In this document: positions 1 to 7,529 of the stretch, one piece after another
Position numbering within the stretch: position 1 is the first letter of the stretch
How the letters are laid out: each line of letters starts with the position of its first letter
The notes under the pieces: generated by a model
What the model was told of the DNA's origin: nothing
Databases searched by the model: none
Seen by the model: only the letters and a program-made list of their open reading frames with translations
Made by a program: the position numbers and the translations under genes
Source of the DNA: Candidatus Saccharimonadota bacterium
GTDB taxonomy: Archaea > Nanobdellota > Nanobdellia > Pacearchaeales > GW2011-AR1
Length of the DNA stretch: 32,000 nt
Direction: 5' to 3'
Assembly: GCA_041659445.1 (NCBI GenBank)
Contig: JBAZYG010000001.1
Coordinates: 390,001-422,000 of the forward strand

Positions 1-300
1 CCTGTTTACATTTTGAATATTGATTTTACAGAATTTTCTGATTATAATAAAGTTTCTATATTTTATGATACAAGACCTATTATAAGAAATTCGAATGAAA
101 CTTTTGTAGATGTTGGAGATAATTTAGATGACATAGATAAAAAAGCATATGAAAATGCAAAAGGAGAAATGTTTGAAAAATTAAAAGAAAAATTTATGAA
201 ATCTAAGTATAATAAACCAAAAGGAAAAGTAAAACTTGTTTTAATTGATCTCACTGAAAGAGGAAAACAAAGTAAATTAGAAATTGGAGTTAAAGATTAA
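1..300 (+). CDS. hypothetical protein, probably the 3' part of a gene that starts upstream of the window
   Basis: Frame 1 is open from base 1 to TAA at 298-300. The ORF-track start at 13 is a TTG with no promoter context inside the window. The product is Lys/Glu-rich with no motif I recognise. Confidence 0.4.
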   Translation, partial: PVYILNIDFTEFSDYNKVSIFYDTRPIIRNSNETFVDVGDNLDDIDKKAYENAKGEMFEKLKEKFMKSKYNKPKGKVKLVLIDLTERGKQSKLEIGVKD

Positions 301-301
301 A

Positions 302-778
302 ATGAAAAAATTATCAGATAGAACAAAAAAAATAATAGGAAATGTTTCATTGGCTGTGCCTTTTGGATATTTAGGATATGCTTCTATATATAACGACCAT
401 TTATCAAAAAAAGAAAACAAAGATTCTGGAAAAGTTTATTCATCAAAAATAATAGGAAATTTGATATATACTACGATTTTAAGTGTCTGGGTTCTTTGGG
501 GAGTTATGACTAATGATTGGACACCAAAACAAATTATAAATGGACATAAACAAAGAATTGAGAAAGAAAAAGAAAATTCAAGACAAAAGTTAATAAAAGA
601 AATTAAAAAGAAATCCTTAATAGAAGAAATAGACAAAGATAAAAACGGATTAAGTTATGACGAACAATTTCAAATTTATAAATTAATGGGAATATCCGAT
701 AGTTCAAAAATTTATCAACCTACATTAGATGACTGGGAAAGAGCTTATGACAAATATATTTCAAATCAAATCGAATAA
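302..778 (+). CDS. hypothetical membrane protein
   Basis: ATG at 302 is preferred over the TTG at 284 used by the ORF track. Two hydrophobic segments (IIGNVSLAVPFGYLGYASIY, LIYTTILSVWVLWGVM) are followed by a charged tail. Confidence 0.5.
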   Translation: MKKLSDRTKKIIGNVSLAVPFGYLGYASIYNDHLSKKENKDSGKVYSSKIIGNLIYTTILSVWVLWGVMTNDWTPKQIINGHKQRIEKEKENSRQKLIKEIKKKSLIEEIDKDKNGLSYDEQFQIYKLMGISDSSKIYQPTLDDWERAYDKYISNQIE

Positions 779-783
779 TTAAA

Positions 784-1041
784 ATGCCTAAAAATTTAGA
801 AGCAATAAAAGATTTTGGAAAAATAGGATTAAAAACATTAAGAAATGGATTGGTTGTTTTTGGAGCAACTTATTTTATTAAAGAAGGATTTGACTATAAC
901 TCAAATTTGGATTCTTTAAAAGAAAGCATTAATTATGCACAAGACACAGGGATAGTAACTTCTATTTTAACAGTAAGTTATTATTTTGTAAAAGGCACTA
1001 TAAAAGCAATTGATAATTTTTCATCAATATCAGAACATTAA
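784..1041 (+). CDS. hypothetical small protein
   Basis: 85-aa ORF starting 5 nt after the previous stop, so probably co-transcribed. No recognisable motif. Confidence 0.4.
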   Translation: MPKNLEAIKDFGKIGLKTLRNGLVVFGATYFIKEGFDYNSNLDSLKESINYAQDTGIVTSILTVSYYFVKGTIKAIDNFSSISEH

Positions 1042-3899
1042 TCCAATTTCAAACTGATAATTTTACTGACTCCGTCGTGCATTGAAACTCCGAAGATGTT
1101 TGTTGCATTTGAAATAATTTCATCGTTGTGACTTATAACAATGTATTGTCCTTTTTGCATGTATTTCTTAAGTAAATTTCCAAGTCTTTCTGAATTTCTT
1201 TTATCAAGAGCAGCATCAATTTCATCCAAAATGTAAAAACAATATGGTTTTAATTCTTGAATTGCAAAAATTAAAGACAGAGCAACTAAAGTTTGTTCTC
1301 CTCCTGAAAGAGATTTGACATCGAAATATTTTCCGTGTCCTGTCTTGACTGTGATATTTACACCTCCTTCAAAAGGATCTTTTTTGTTTTCCAAATCCAA
1401 CCAAACTTCACCTTTTGTACTTAATTCTGCAAAATTCCTAGAGAAAATTGAATTTAATTCTTCTAAAGTTTTAAGAAATGTTTTTTTCTTCTTGACATCA
1501 ATTTCATGAATTATCTTAAGAATTTTTTCTTTTTCATTAACAATAATTTCTGATTTTTCATTTATTTTATCATATTCTTCTTTTACAGAATCATAAACTT
1601 CCAAAGACCTTAAATTTACAGAACCAATTCTCATCAAAGTATCTTGAATATTTTTTAATTTTGATGAAAGATTCTCTTTATTTCCATGAACAATTTCAAC
1701 TTCTTTAAATTCAGAAAGTTCTTCTTGGATGTTCTCTAATTCTGCTGTGACTTTTGCTCTTTCAATTTTGAAATTATTGCAATCCTGTTCTAATCCATAA
1801 ATTTCATTTTTTTTATTAGAAATTTCTGACTCAATTTCTCGAATCTTATTTTGAGATTCATCTCTTTGAGAAATTAATTTTTGGAATTTTTTTGTTAATT
1901 CTTCTTCTGAATCTCTTTTTTGCTTAAGAGTTTTTTCTTTTTCTGAAATTGATTTTTGAATTGATGATAATTCTTCATTTACTTCTTTTTCATCACGAAC
2001 AACTTGTTTCAAAGAAACTTCAATTCTCTCAATTTCCCTTTGCTTAAAAGATATCTCTGAATCTACATTTTCTTTATTTCTCAAGGATATTTCTTCTATT
2101 TCAATTCTTAAATTTTCATATTTTTGATCAACATTTGAATTTTGATCAAAATCATTTTCTAAATTCTTTCTTTTTTTAATCAAATTCTCAACTTCTTGCT
2201 TTAATGGATTTATTTTTTCCTCTAAGATTTTTATTTGATTTTTTTTATCCTCTATTGAAATTAATTTAGTCAAATCAGATTTTCTTTTACTTAATTCAGA
2301 ATTAATTAATTCAATATCTTTTTTTAGTAAATCTATTTTCTTATAAATTTCAGAAATTTCTTTTTCTGAATTTTTTATTTCAGATTCTAGTTGAGATATT
2401 TTTGGATTTATGTCTGATTTTATTGAAGAAACATGTTCATGTGTAATTTTACTTCTGCAAAGAGGACAAACTTCTAATTTAGAAACTTTTTCCAAAACTT
2501 TTTTTTGCTTGTCAATTTCATATTCGTTTGTATGAATTATTAATTCTAATTCCTGTTCTCTTATTTTTAATGATTCAATTGCCTGACTTTTTTCTTGAAA
2601 TGAAACTTGAAGAGATTCTAAATTTTCTGGTTTTGATTTTTTATCAAATAATTCTAAAGAAAGTCCATTTATTTGTTTGAGCAAAAAGTTAGATTCATTT
2701 TCATAATTTAAAAGCATATTTTTTTTATCTTCAATACGTTCAGAAACTGATTTTAATTCAGATTTTAACATATAGAATTTTTTTCTTTTTTCTTCTAATT
2801 CTTCAAGCTCTTTCTTTTTTTGTTTTAATTCTTTTTCTTTTTTATCTAATGCAGGAGATTCTATTTTTAACTCTCCCACAAGTTCTTCTAATTCTGTCAA
2901 GGAATGTTCAAATTCTCTTTTTTGGTTTGATAGATTACTTATTTTTCTTTCAGAATTCTCTAATTTAACCCTTAAACCTGTTAGTTCTGCTCTTAAATTT
3001 GCTATTTCATTGTTTAATTTTTCTTGTTCTATTCCAGTAGATTCTTTTATTGTAATATTTATTTCATTGATTTTAGAATTTAAACTATCTACATTTGTCT
3101 TTAATGTCAAATTTAATTTTTTTATTTTTTCAATTTCTTTGTTTTTCTTTTCTATTTCTGAATTTATTCTTTCTTTTTCTTTATTTTTTTCAATAAGATT
3201 TTCATTAAGAATGCTTGCTTTCAAGACTTCGACTTCTTTCTCGAGTTTTTTGAATTTGAGTGCTTCTTGCCTTTCTTTTTCCAGATTATTTAAATAAGCA
3301 GTTCTTTCTCTTAATATTGCAGAAATTTCTTTTAATTTCTCTTCTGTTTTTTCCAATTCTTTTATTGATTTTTCTTTTCGAGATTCATAAATAGAAATTC
3401 CAGCGACTTCTTCAATTATCTTTCTCCTTTCTTCTGATTGCATTCTCACAAAATTTTGAATTTCGCCCTGTAAAATAATATTAAATCCATATGGATCAAT
3501 TCCTGCTTGAGCAAGCAAAGACAAAACTTCTTGTCGGGTTTTTGTTTTGTCATTTATTTTATAAATACTTTGTCCGTTTCTTCTTACAATTCTTTTTATT
3601 AAAATTTCCTGTTCTTCCATTCCAAAAGAATTATCTGAATTATCTATTATTACTTCGACTGAAGCTTCTTTAGATGGAGATGCAATTTTTGTTCCTAAAA
3701 AAATTAAATTTTTTGCTTTTGCTGCTCTCATGGATTTTATACTTAATCTTCCGAGGACAAAACATAAAGCATCAGAAATATTTGATTTTCCAGAACCATT
3801 TGGTCCGAGGATAACATTTATCCCTGGAGTAAAAGGGAGTTCTGTTTTTTTTGGGAAACTTTTAAACCCATACATCACCAATTTTTTTATGTAAGGCAT
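1038..3899 (-). CDS. smc: SMC-family chromosome segregation ATPase with an atypical middle (CxxC hook instead of a hinge)
   Basis: N-terminus MPYIKKLVMYGFKSF...GPNGSGKSN (Walker A). QG-loop region ILQGEIQNFVRMQSEERRKIIEEVAGI. C-terminus LSGGEQTLVALSLIFAIQ (signature motif) and FYILDEIDAALD (Walker B). Long heptad-like Lys/Glu/Leu arms lie between the heads. Confidence 0.9.
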   Translation of the reverse strand: MPYIKKLVMYGFKSFPKKTELPFTPGINVILGPNGSGKSNISDALCFVLGRLSIKSMRAAKAKNLIFLGTKIASPSKEASVEVIIDNSDNSFGMEEQEILIKRIVRRNGQSIYKINDKTKTRQEVLSLLAQAGIDPYGFNIILQGEIQNFVRMQSEERRKIIEEVAGISIYESRKEKSIKELEKTEEKLKEISAILRERTAYLNNLEKERQEALKFKKLEKEVEVLKASILNENLIEKNKEKERINSEIEKKNKEIEKIKKLNLTLKTNVDSLNSKINEINITIKESTGIEQEKLNNEIANLRAELTGLRVKLENSERKISNLSNQKREFEHSLTELEELVGELKIESPALDKKEKELKQKKKELEELEEKRKKFYMLKSELKSVSERIEDKKNMLLNYENESNFLLKQINGLSLELFDKKSKPENLESLQVSFQEKSQAIESLKIREQELELIIHTNEYEIDKQKKVLEKVSKLEVCPLCRSKITHEHVSSIKSDINPKISQLESEIKNSEKEISEIYKKIDLLKKDIELINSELSKRKSDLTKLISIEDKKNQIKILEEKINPLKQEVENLIKKRKNLENDFDQNSNVDQKYENLRIEIEEISLRNKENVDSEISFKQREIERIEVSLKQVVRDEKEVNEELSSIQKSISEKEKTLKQKRDSEEELTKKFQKLISQRDESQNKIREIESEISNKKNEIYGLEQDCNNFKIERAKVTAELENIQEELSEFKEVEIVHGNKENLSSKLKNIQDTLMRIGSVNLRSLEVYDSVKEEYDKINEKSEIIVNEKEKILKIIHEIDVKKKKTFLKTLEELNSIFSRNFAELSTKGEVWLDLENKKDPFEGGVNITVKTGHGKYFDVKSLSGGEQTLVALSLIFAIQELKPYCFYILDEIDAALDKRNSERLGNLLKKYMQKGQYIVISHNDEIISNATNIFGVSMHDGVSKIISLKLD
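2457..2468 (-). other. CPLC motif (Cys478/Cys481 of 953) in the context KLEVCPLCRSKITHEHV; candidate zinc hook
   Basis: The reverse complement of 2457-2468 reads tgt cct ctt tgc. Its position is the arithmetic midpoint of the SMC ORF. Confidence 0.6.
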
Positions 3900-3920
3900 A
3901 CATACAAAAGAATAGAAGGA

Positions 3921-3929
3921 TTTTTAAAG
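3921..3929. promoter_or_regulatory. shared TATA-like box between divergent genes (tttttaaag, reverse complement ctttaaaaa)
   Basis: The box lies 21 nt upstream of the ATG at 3950 (+) and 22 nt upstream of the ATG at 3899 (-). This is the same spacing seen at other starts in the window. Confidence 0.55.
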
Positions 3930-3949
3930 ATTGCCAGAATAAAAAAACT

Positions 3950-4363
3950 ATGAAAAAAAACACTAGAGCGATAAGATATAATTTAAAGAATAGTGCAAAC
4001 TCTGATGATTTAAAAACAGAGTGGACATTTTTCATTGTCAACGACGCAGATTACATTCCTGAAATAATAAAAAACATTAAATATTATTTTGAAGAATCTG
4101 GAATCAATAAAATAGATGGAATGAATGACTTAATTAGAAACAAATTTAACGGAAATGGATTAGAATATTTATTATTAAAATTCAAAAGCGATAGAAATGC
4201 TCTTTTATCTAAACAAGAAAGAGATAAAATATGGCTTAGTCCAGGAAGATTCAAAAAAGATTGTGAAATGAACATAGAAGGAATTTATGATTTAAAATCT
4301 TGGGCAGATGAATATTTAAACAAAATTTTTGCTGAATCTGATGACGAAGAAACTGTTAAATAA
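3950..4363 (+). CDS. hypothetical protein
   Basis: 137-aa ORF with a TATA-like box 21 nt upstream. No recognisable motif. Confidence 0.55.
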   Translation: MKKNTRAIRYNLKNSANSDDLKTEWTFFIVNDADYIPEIIKNIKYYFEESGINKIDGMNDLIRNKFNGNGLEYLLLKFKSDRNALLSKQERDKIWLSPGRFKKDCEMNIEGIYDLKSWADEYLNKIFAESDDEETVK

Positions 4364-4370
4364 GGGTAAT

Positions 4371-5039
4371 TTAAAATAACTTTTCTTGGTTTGCGTTGTT
4401 TTCTGCATTTTTCCAAGTTTCCCAAGTCTTTCTAAATATTCCTTTATCTTTTAATTTTTTAACATTTTTTTCAAGAAACCTGCATGTAAGAGGATCTGCA
4501 GGATAACCTGTTCCTATTTCTTCTCCATAAATTTTTCTTAATTTTTCCATTTCTCTTTCTCTCTCGCACTTTGCCAAAATCGAAGCTGCTGAAACAACTG
4601 GATAATTTTTATCTGCTTTATGCTCACAAACAACTTCTAAGTTTGAAAGGTCTGAGATTTTGGTTTTCAAAAAATCTTTCCATTTTGAAATCGTTGTTGA
4701 TGGACAATCGACGATTAATTTTATTTTAGATGAACTATTTACATTTAATTTGTTTACAACTTTTGCCATATGAACTGCTTCTAATTCATTTAATTTTAAT
4801 CCTCGAGCATTAGATTCATCAATTTCTGACGGAGAGATTATAGAAATTTCAAAAGATATTACTTTTTCTTTTATTTTTTCTTCTAAAAATTCTCTTCGCT
4901 TTTGCGTTAATTCTTTACTATCTCGAACTCCCAATTCTTTTAGAAATTTTTCATCTTTATCGTCAATTAAACATCCTGCAATAATCATTGGACCAATTAC
5001 AGGACCTCTTCCTGCGTCATCAATACCTATTTTTAACAT
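4371..5039 (-). CDS. rnhB: ribonuclease HII
   Basis: N-terminus MLKIGIDDAGRGPVIGPMIIAG, then ...VDCPS..., and CEHKADKNYPVVSAASILAKCEREREMEKL. These are the archaeal RNase HII blocks. Confidence 0.9.
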   Translation of the reverse strand: MLKIGIDDAGRGPVIGPMIIAGCLIDDKDEKFLKELGVRDSKELTQKRREFLEEKIKEKVISFEISIISPSEIDESNARGLKLNELEAVHMAKVVNKLNVNSSSKIKLIVDCPSTTISKWKDFLKTKISDLSNLEVVCEHKADKNYPVVSAASILAKCEREREMEKLRKIYGEEIGTGYPADPLTCRFLEKNVKKLKDKGIFRKTWETWKNAENNANQEKLF

Positions 5040-5040
5040 C

Positions 5041-5850
5041 TTATAAAAAAAAGAACTTTGTTTTTAAGATTTTGTGAGAAAGAAAATTATGTTTATCTTT
5101 TGGGAAATTAAGATTGCATCTTTTTTGTTTAGTTGACAAAATATAAAGAAAGAAAGAAGAAAAAAAAAGGATAATACTAATTATCGAATTATTACCTATT
5201 TGTGAATTTCCTATAATATTACCTGTTAAAGTTGAAGATAAAAAAAAGATTCCTCCAAAAAAAGCAATTATCGATGATATCTTTAAAATTTTTTCCAATG
5301 TTTTAGGATTATTTTCTATTTCCAAATTGTTTGTATTATTACCATTTTTAATTGTCTTTTGGATAGAATTATAAAAAAAACTTTTTTCCTCTTTGCTTAA
5401 ATCATCAGGATAACAAGGTTTCCCATATTTTTCCATAAACTCTTTTAATACTCCTTTATACTCTCTTCCTGTTGGAGTTCTTTCACTATTTTCTTCATCA
5501 ACTTCTGCAACAATATACCTATATCTTAAAGCCTTACCTGATGCTCTTTCCCTCTTAGGTATTTTTACAAGAATATCTTTTATTTTTTTTAATCTCAAAT
5601 TTTTTCCTATCCAAATTCCTTCTTGTCCTAATTCTGTACTATCATTTCTATAATCTCTAAAAAAATTAGGATTAGAATAGTGTATTTCAAATAAAGTATT
5701 AATTTCTTCTCCTGACCTATTAGGAGCATGTATTCCTAAATATGCACCATTAGATTTTGGTGCAACATACAATGCGTCTTTTATAATAAAATAATCTTTT
5801 TCTAAGTCTTTTTTCTTCCAAACCCCACCATGAAATACAATTTTACCCAT
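5041..5850 (-). CDS. hypothetical protein with C-terminal transmembrane segments
   Basis: 269-aa ORF whose stop lies 1 nt from the rnhB start. C-terminal hydrophobic stretches are ISSIIAFFGGIFFLSS and SIISIILFFSSFFLYIL. Confidence 0.55.
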   Translation of the reverse strand: MGKIVFHGGVWKKKDLEKDYFIIKDALYVAPKSNGAYLGIHAPNRSGEEINTLFEIHYSNPNFFRDYRNDSTELGQEGIWIGKNLRLKKIKDILVKIPKRERASGKALRYRYIVAEVDEENSERTPTGREYKGVLKEFMEKYGKPCYPDDLSKEEKSFFYNSIQKTIKNGNNTNNLEIENNPKTLEKILKISSIIAFFGGIFFLSSTLTGNIIGNSQIGNNSIISIILFFSSFFLYILSTKQKRCNLNFPKDKHNFLSHKILKTKFFFL

Positions 5851-5888
5851 ACTTCAAACAAGAAAATACATATTTTTAAGATTTTGTA

Positions 5889-6884
5889 TTAAAATGGAAC
5901 ATCTTCTTTTGGTATTGGCTGAAATTCTTCTTCTAAATCTTCAACAGGTTCGGTTCTTAAAATTAATTTATTATTTGAATTTAAAAAAGAATTTAAATGT
6001 ATATTAAACTCTCTAGGAAAAATATATTCATTCTTAATTAATTCATTAAACTTTTCACTCCATTTTTCAGAATTAACATTTTTTATTATTAATATTGGAA
6101 ATGGGGAAATTTCAAAATTATTTAATTTCATACCTTCTGGCAATTTAGATTTTATTATTTTTAATCCTTCTAATTCCACATTGAAATAATTTAATGTTTC
6201 TTCTGGATACGCTAAAAGAGCATTAATTGGAGATGAATCAATTCGTGTATAAGAATCATGCTTTTCATTTCCCTTTTGCCTAGAACATTTTCCAGAAATA
6301 TAAATGTCAAAAATAACTCTAAAGGGTAAAGAAATCATAAATTTTGTAGAATCTGCAAGTTTTTTAAAAAGAATTTCAATATCTTTTTCTATATAATCTG
6401 ATTGAAGTTTTTTTATACCATGTCTAAATATCTCAAATTTAATCTCTTTTTTTAAATCTATTTTATATCTTTCTAATAAAAAATTTTTTGCCATTTGTTC
6501 ATCTTTTAGTTGTAAACAACGTCCTGGACTAATAGATTTAGTTTCCCTAAAAAAATCCTTACAAGAAACATCTGGTTCTACTAATAAATAATTTTCAAGG
6601 GGACTTAATTTTATTCCATATTGTTCTTTTAATTCTCCCCCATAAATCCCTTTAGTAAGAATTTCATAAAAACGACTCAATTTTACTCTTAATCCATATT
6701 CTGATTGAAACAAATCTAATTGCTGATTTAAAGAATAAATAATATCTTTATTATAAATCTTAATTGAATCTGATTCAAAATAATCTTTTAATCCTTGAAA
6801 GGATTTTCCTCGAATAAACTTCATTCTTTTTTGATAATTTTGAATTTTAAGTTCATTTTTTATAAAATAAGTTTGATGATTCAT
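5889..6884 (-). CDS. hypothetical protein (start trimmed relative to the ORF track)
   Basis: The ORF-track version (to 7013) overlaps tRNA-Ser at 6985-7065 and its promoter. The first ATG clear of them is 6884 (MNHQTYF...). ATG 6824 (MKFIRGK...) has a cttaaaatt box about 20 nt upstream and is an alternative start. Confidence 0.5.
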   Translation of the reverse strand: MNHQTYFIKNELKIQNYQKRMKFIRGKSFQGLKDYFESDSIKIYNKDIIYSLNQQLDLFQSEYGLRVKLSRFYEILTKGIYGGELKEQYGIKLSPLENYLLVEPDVSCKDFFRETKSISPGRCLQLKDEQMAKNFLLERYKIDLKKEIKFEIFRHGIKKLQSDYIEKDIEILFKKLADSTKFMISLPFRVIFDIYISGKCSRQKGNEKHDSYTRIDSSPINALLAYPEETLNYFNVELEGLKIIKSKLPEGMKLNNFEISPFPILIIKNVNSEKWSEKFNELIKNEYIFPREFNIHLNSFLNSNNKLILRTEPVEDLEEEFQPIPKEDVPF

Positions 6885-6950
6885 TTTTAAATTTTTGTTT
6901 GAAAGATCATTCAACAAATTTTTTTCTCCATTAATTATCTTTGAAAAAAC

Positions 6951-6959
6951 CTTTAAAAA
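6951..6959 (+). promoter_or_regulatory. TATA box (ctttaaaaa) for tRNA-Ser(GGA)
   Basis: The context aacctttaaaaag ends 26 nt before tRNA position 1. The same aacctttaaaag context precedes the initiator tRNA. Confidence 0.6.
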
Positions 6960-6984
6960 GATTATGTGTTCTGTAGAATATATT

Positions 6985-7065
6985 GCCCAGATGGCGGAGT
7001 GGTTAACGCACACGATTGGAAATCGTGGTCCTCTGGACTCCTAGGTTCGAATCCTAGTCTGGGCG
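6985..7065 (+). tRNA. tRNA-Ser (anticodon GGA)
   Basis: Hand fold: acceptor GCCCAGA/TCTGGGC; anticodon stem CACGA/TCGTG with loop TTGGAAA; long variable arm GTCC-TCT-GGAC; T arm CTAGG-TTCGAAT-CCTAG. A T-run follows the gene. Confidence 0.9.
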
Positions 7066-7123
7066 TTTTAAATTTGAGAAAGATTAAAACAAAATTTATA
7101 TACCTTATTTTCTAAGTAAAGTT

Positions 7124-7300
7124 ATGAATAAAAAAATAAAAAAGATTAAAGATGAAGAAATTGAATTAGCAGAACAACATATTGAACTTGCAGAACAATT
7201 AGTTTCTGAAAAAGATAAAAAAGCAAAAGAACAAAATAACAAACTTCTCAAAGATGCAGCATTTTGCCTTGAAGCAGATTTAGAAGAATATTCTGAATAA
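7124..7300 (+). CDS. possible 58-aa acidic coiled-coil micro-protein (below the ORF-track cutoff)
   Basis: ATG 7124 to TAA 7298-7300, translating to MNKKIKKIKDEEIELAEQHIELAEQLVSEKDKKAKEQNNKLLKDAAFCLEADLEEYSE. A tttatata box at 7095-7102 ends 22 nt upstream. Confidence 0.35.
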   Translation: MNKKIKKIKDEEIELAEQHIELAEQLVSEKDKKAKEQNNKLLKDAAFCLEADLEEYSE

Positions 7301-7333
7301 TTCTTTCAAAAACAAAAACTTCAATAAAGAAAC

Positions 7334-7341
7334 CTTTAAAA
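7334..7341 (+). promoter_or_regulatory. TATA box (ctttaaaa) for the initiator tRNA
   Basis: The context aacctttaaaag ends 23 nt before tRNA position 1. Confidence 0.6.
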
Positions 7342-7363
7342 GTTAGATAATACATTCAATTTC

Positions 7364-7439
7364 AGCGAGGTGGAGCAGCCTGGAGTGCTCGTCGGGCCCA
7401 TAACCCGGAGGTCGTGTGGTTCAAATCCCACCCTCGCTA
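7364..7439 (+). tRNA. initiator tRNA-Met (anticodon CAT)
   Basis: Acceptor AGCGAGG/CCTCGCT gives an A1:U72 pair. The anticodon stem TCGGG/CCCGG has three consecutive G:C pairs next to the loop CCCATAA. Both are archaeal/eukaryotic initiator hallmarks. Confidence 0.85.
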
Positions 7440-7529
7440 TAATTTTTTAAAAAATTTCAAAAACAAAAACAACGAATTCAAAAGGATTATAATCTAAAGG
7501 AGATTAATTAAATTTACAAAACATTAATA

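Noticed and set aside
3010-3297. Antisense or alternative-frame ORFs inside well-supported genes: 63-254, 436-636, 1315-1509, 3010-3297, 3491-3673, 4084-4275, 10185-10367, 10576-10794, 10993-11190, 11231-11437, 13715-13984, 14060-14278, 15388-15621, 15922-16116, 16838-17032, 19164-19388, 19418-19615, 20526-20738, 21190-21408, 22801-22989, 23073-23288, 25288-25539, 25326-25529, 27590-27874
   Set aside because: Each lies within a longer ORF that has recognisable motifs or better context. Their products are low-complexity (F/L/I/S/K-rich), as expected from reading AT-rich coding DNA in the wrong frame or strand.
1500-3400. Apparent DNA tandem repeats (ttcttt/tttctt periodicity) inside smc
   Set aside because: This is a compositional consequence of encoding Lys/Glu/Leu/Ile heptads of a coiled coil in an AT-rich genome. 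I could not trace any exact repeat unit.
6885-7013. N-terminal extension of ORF 5889-7013 (-)
   Set aside because: It runs antisense through tRNA-Ser(GGA) (6985-7065) and its TATA box (6951-6959). I trimmed the start to ATG 6884, with 6824 as an alternative.
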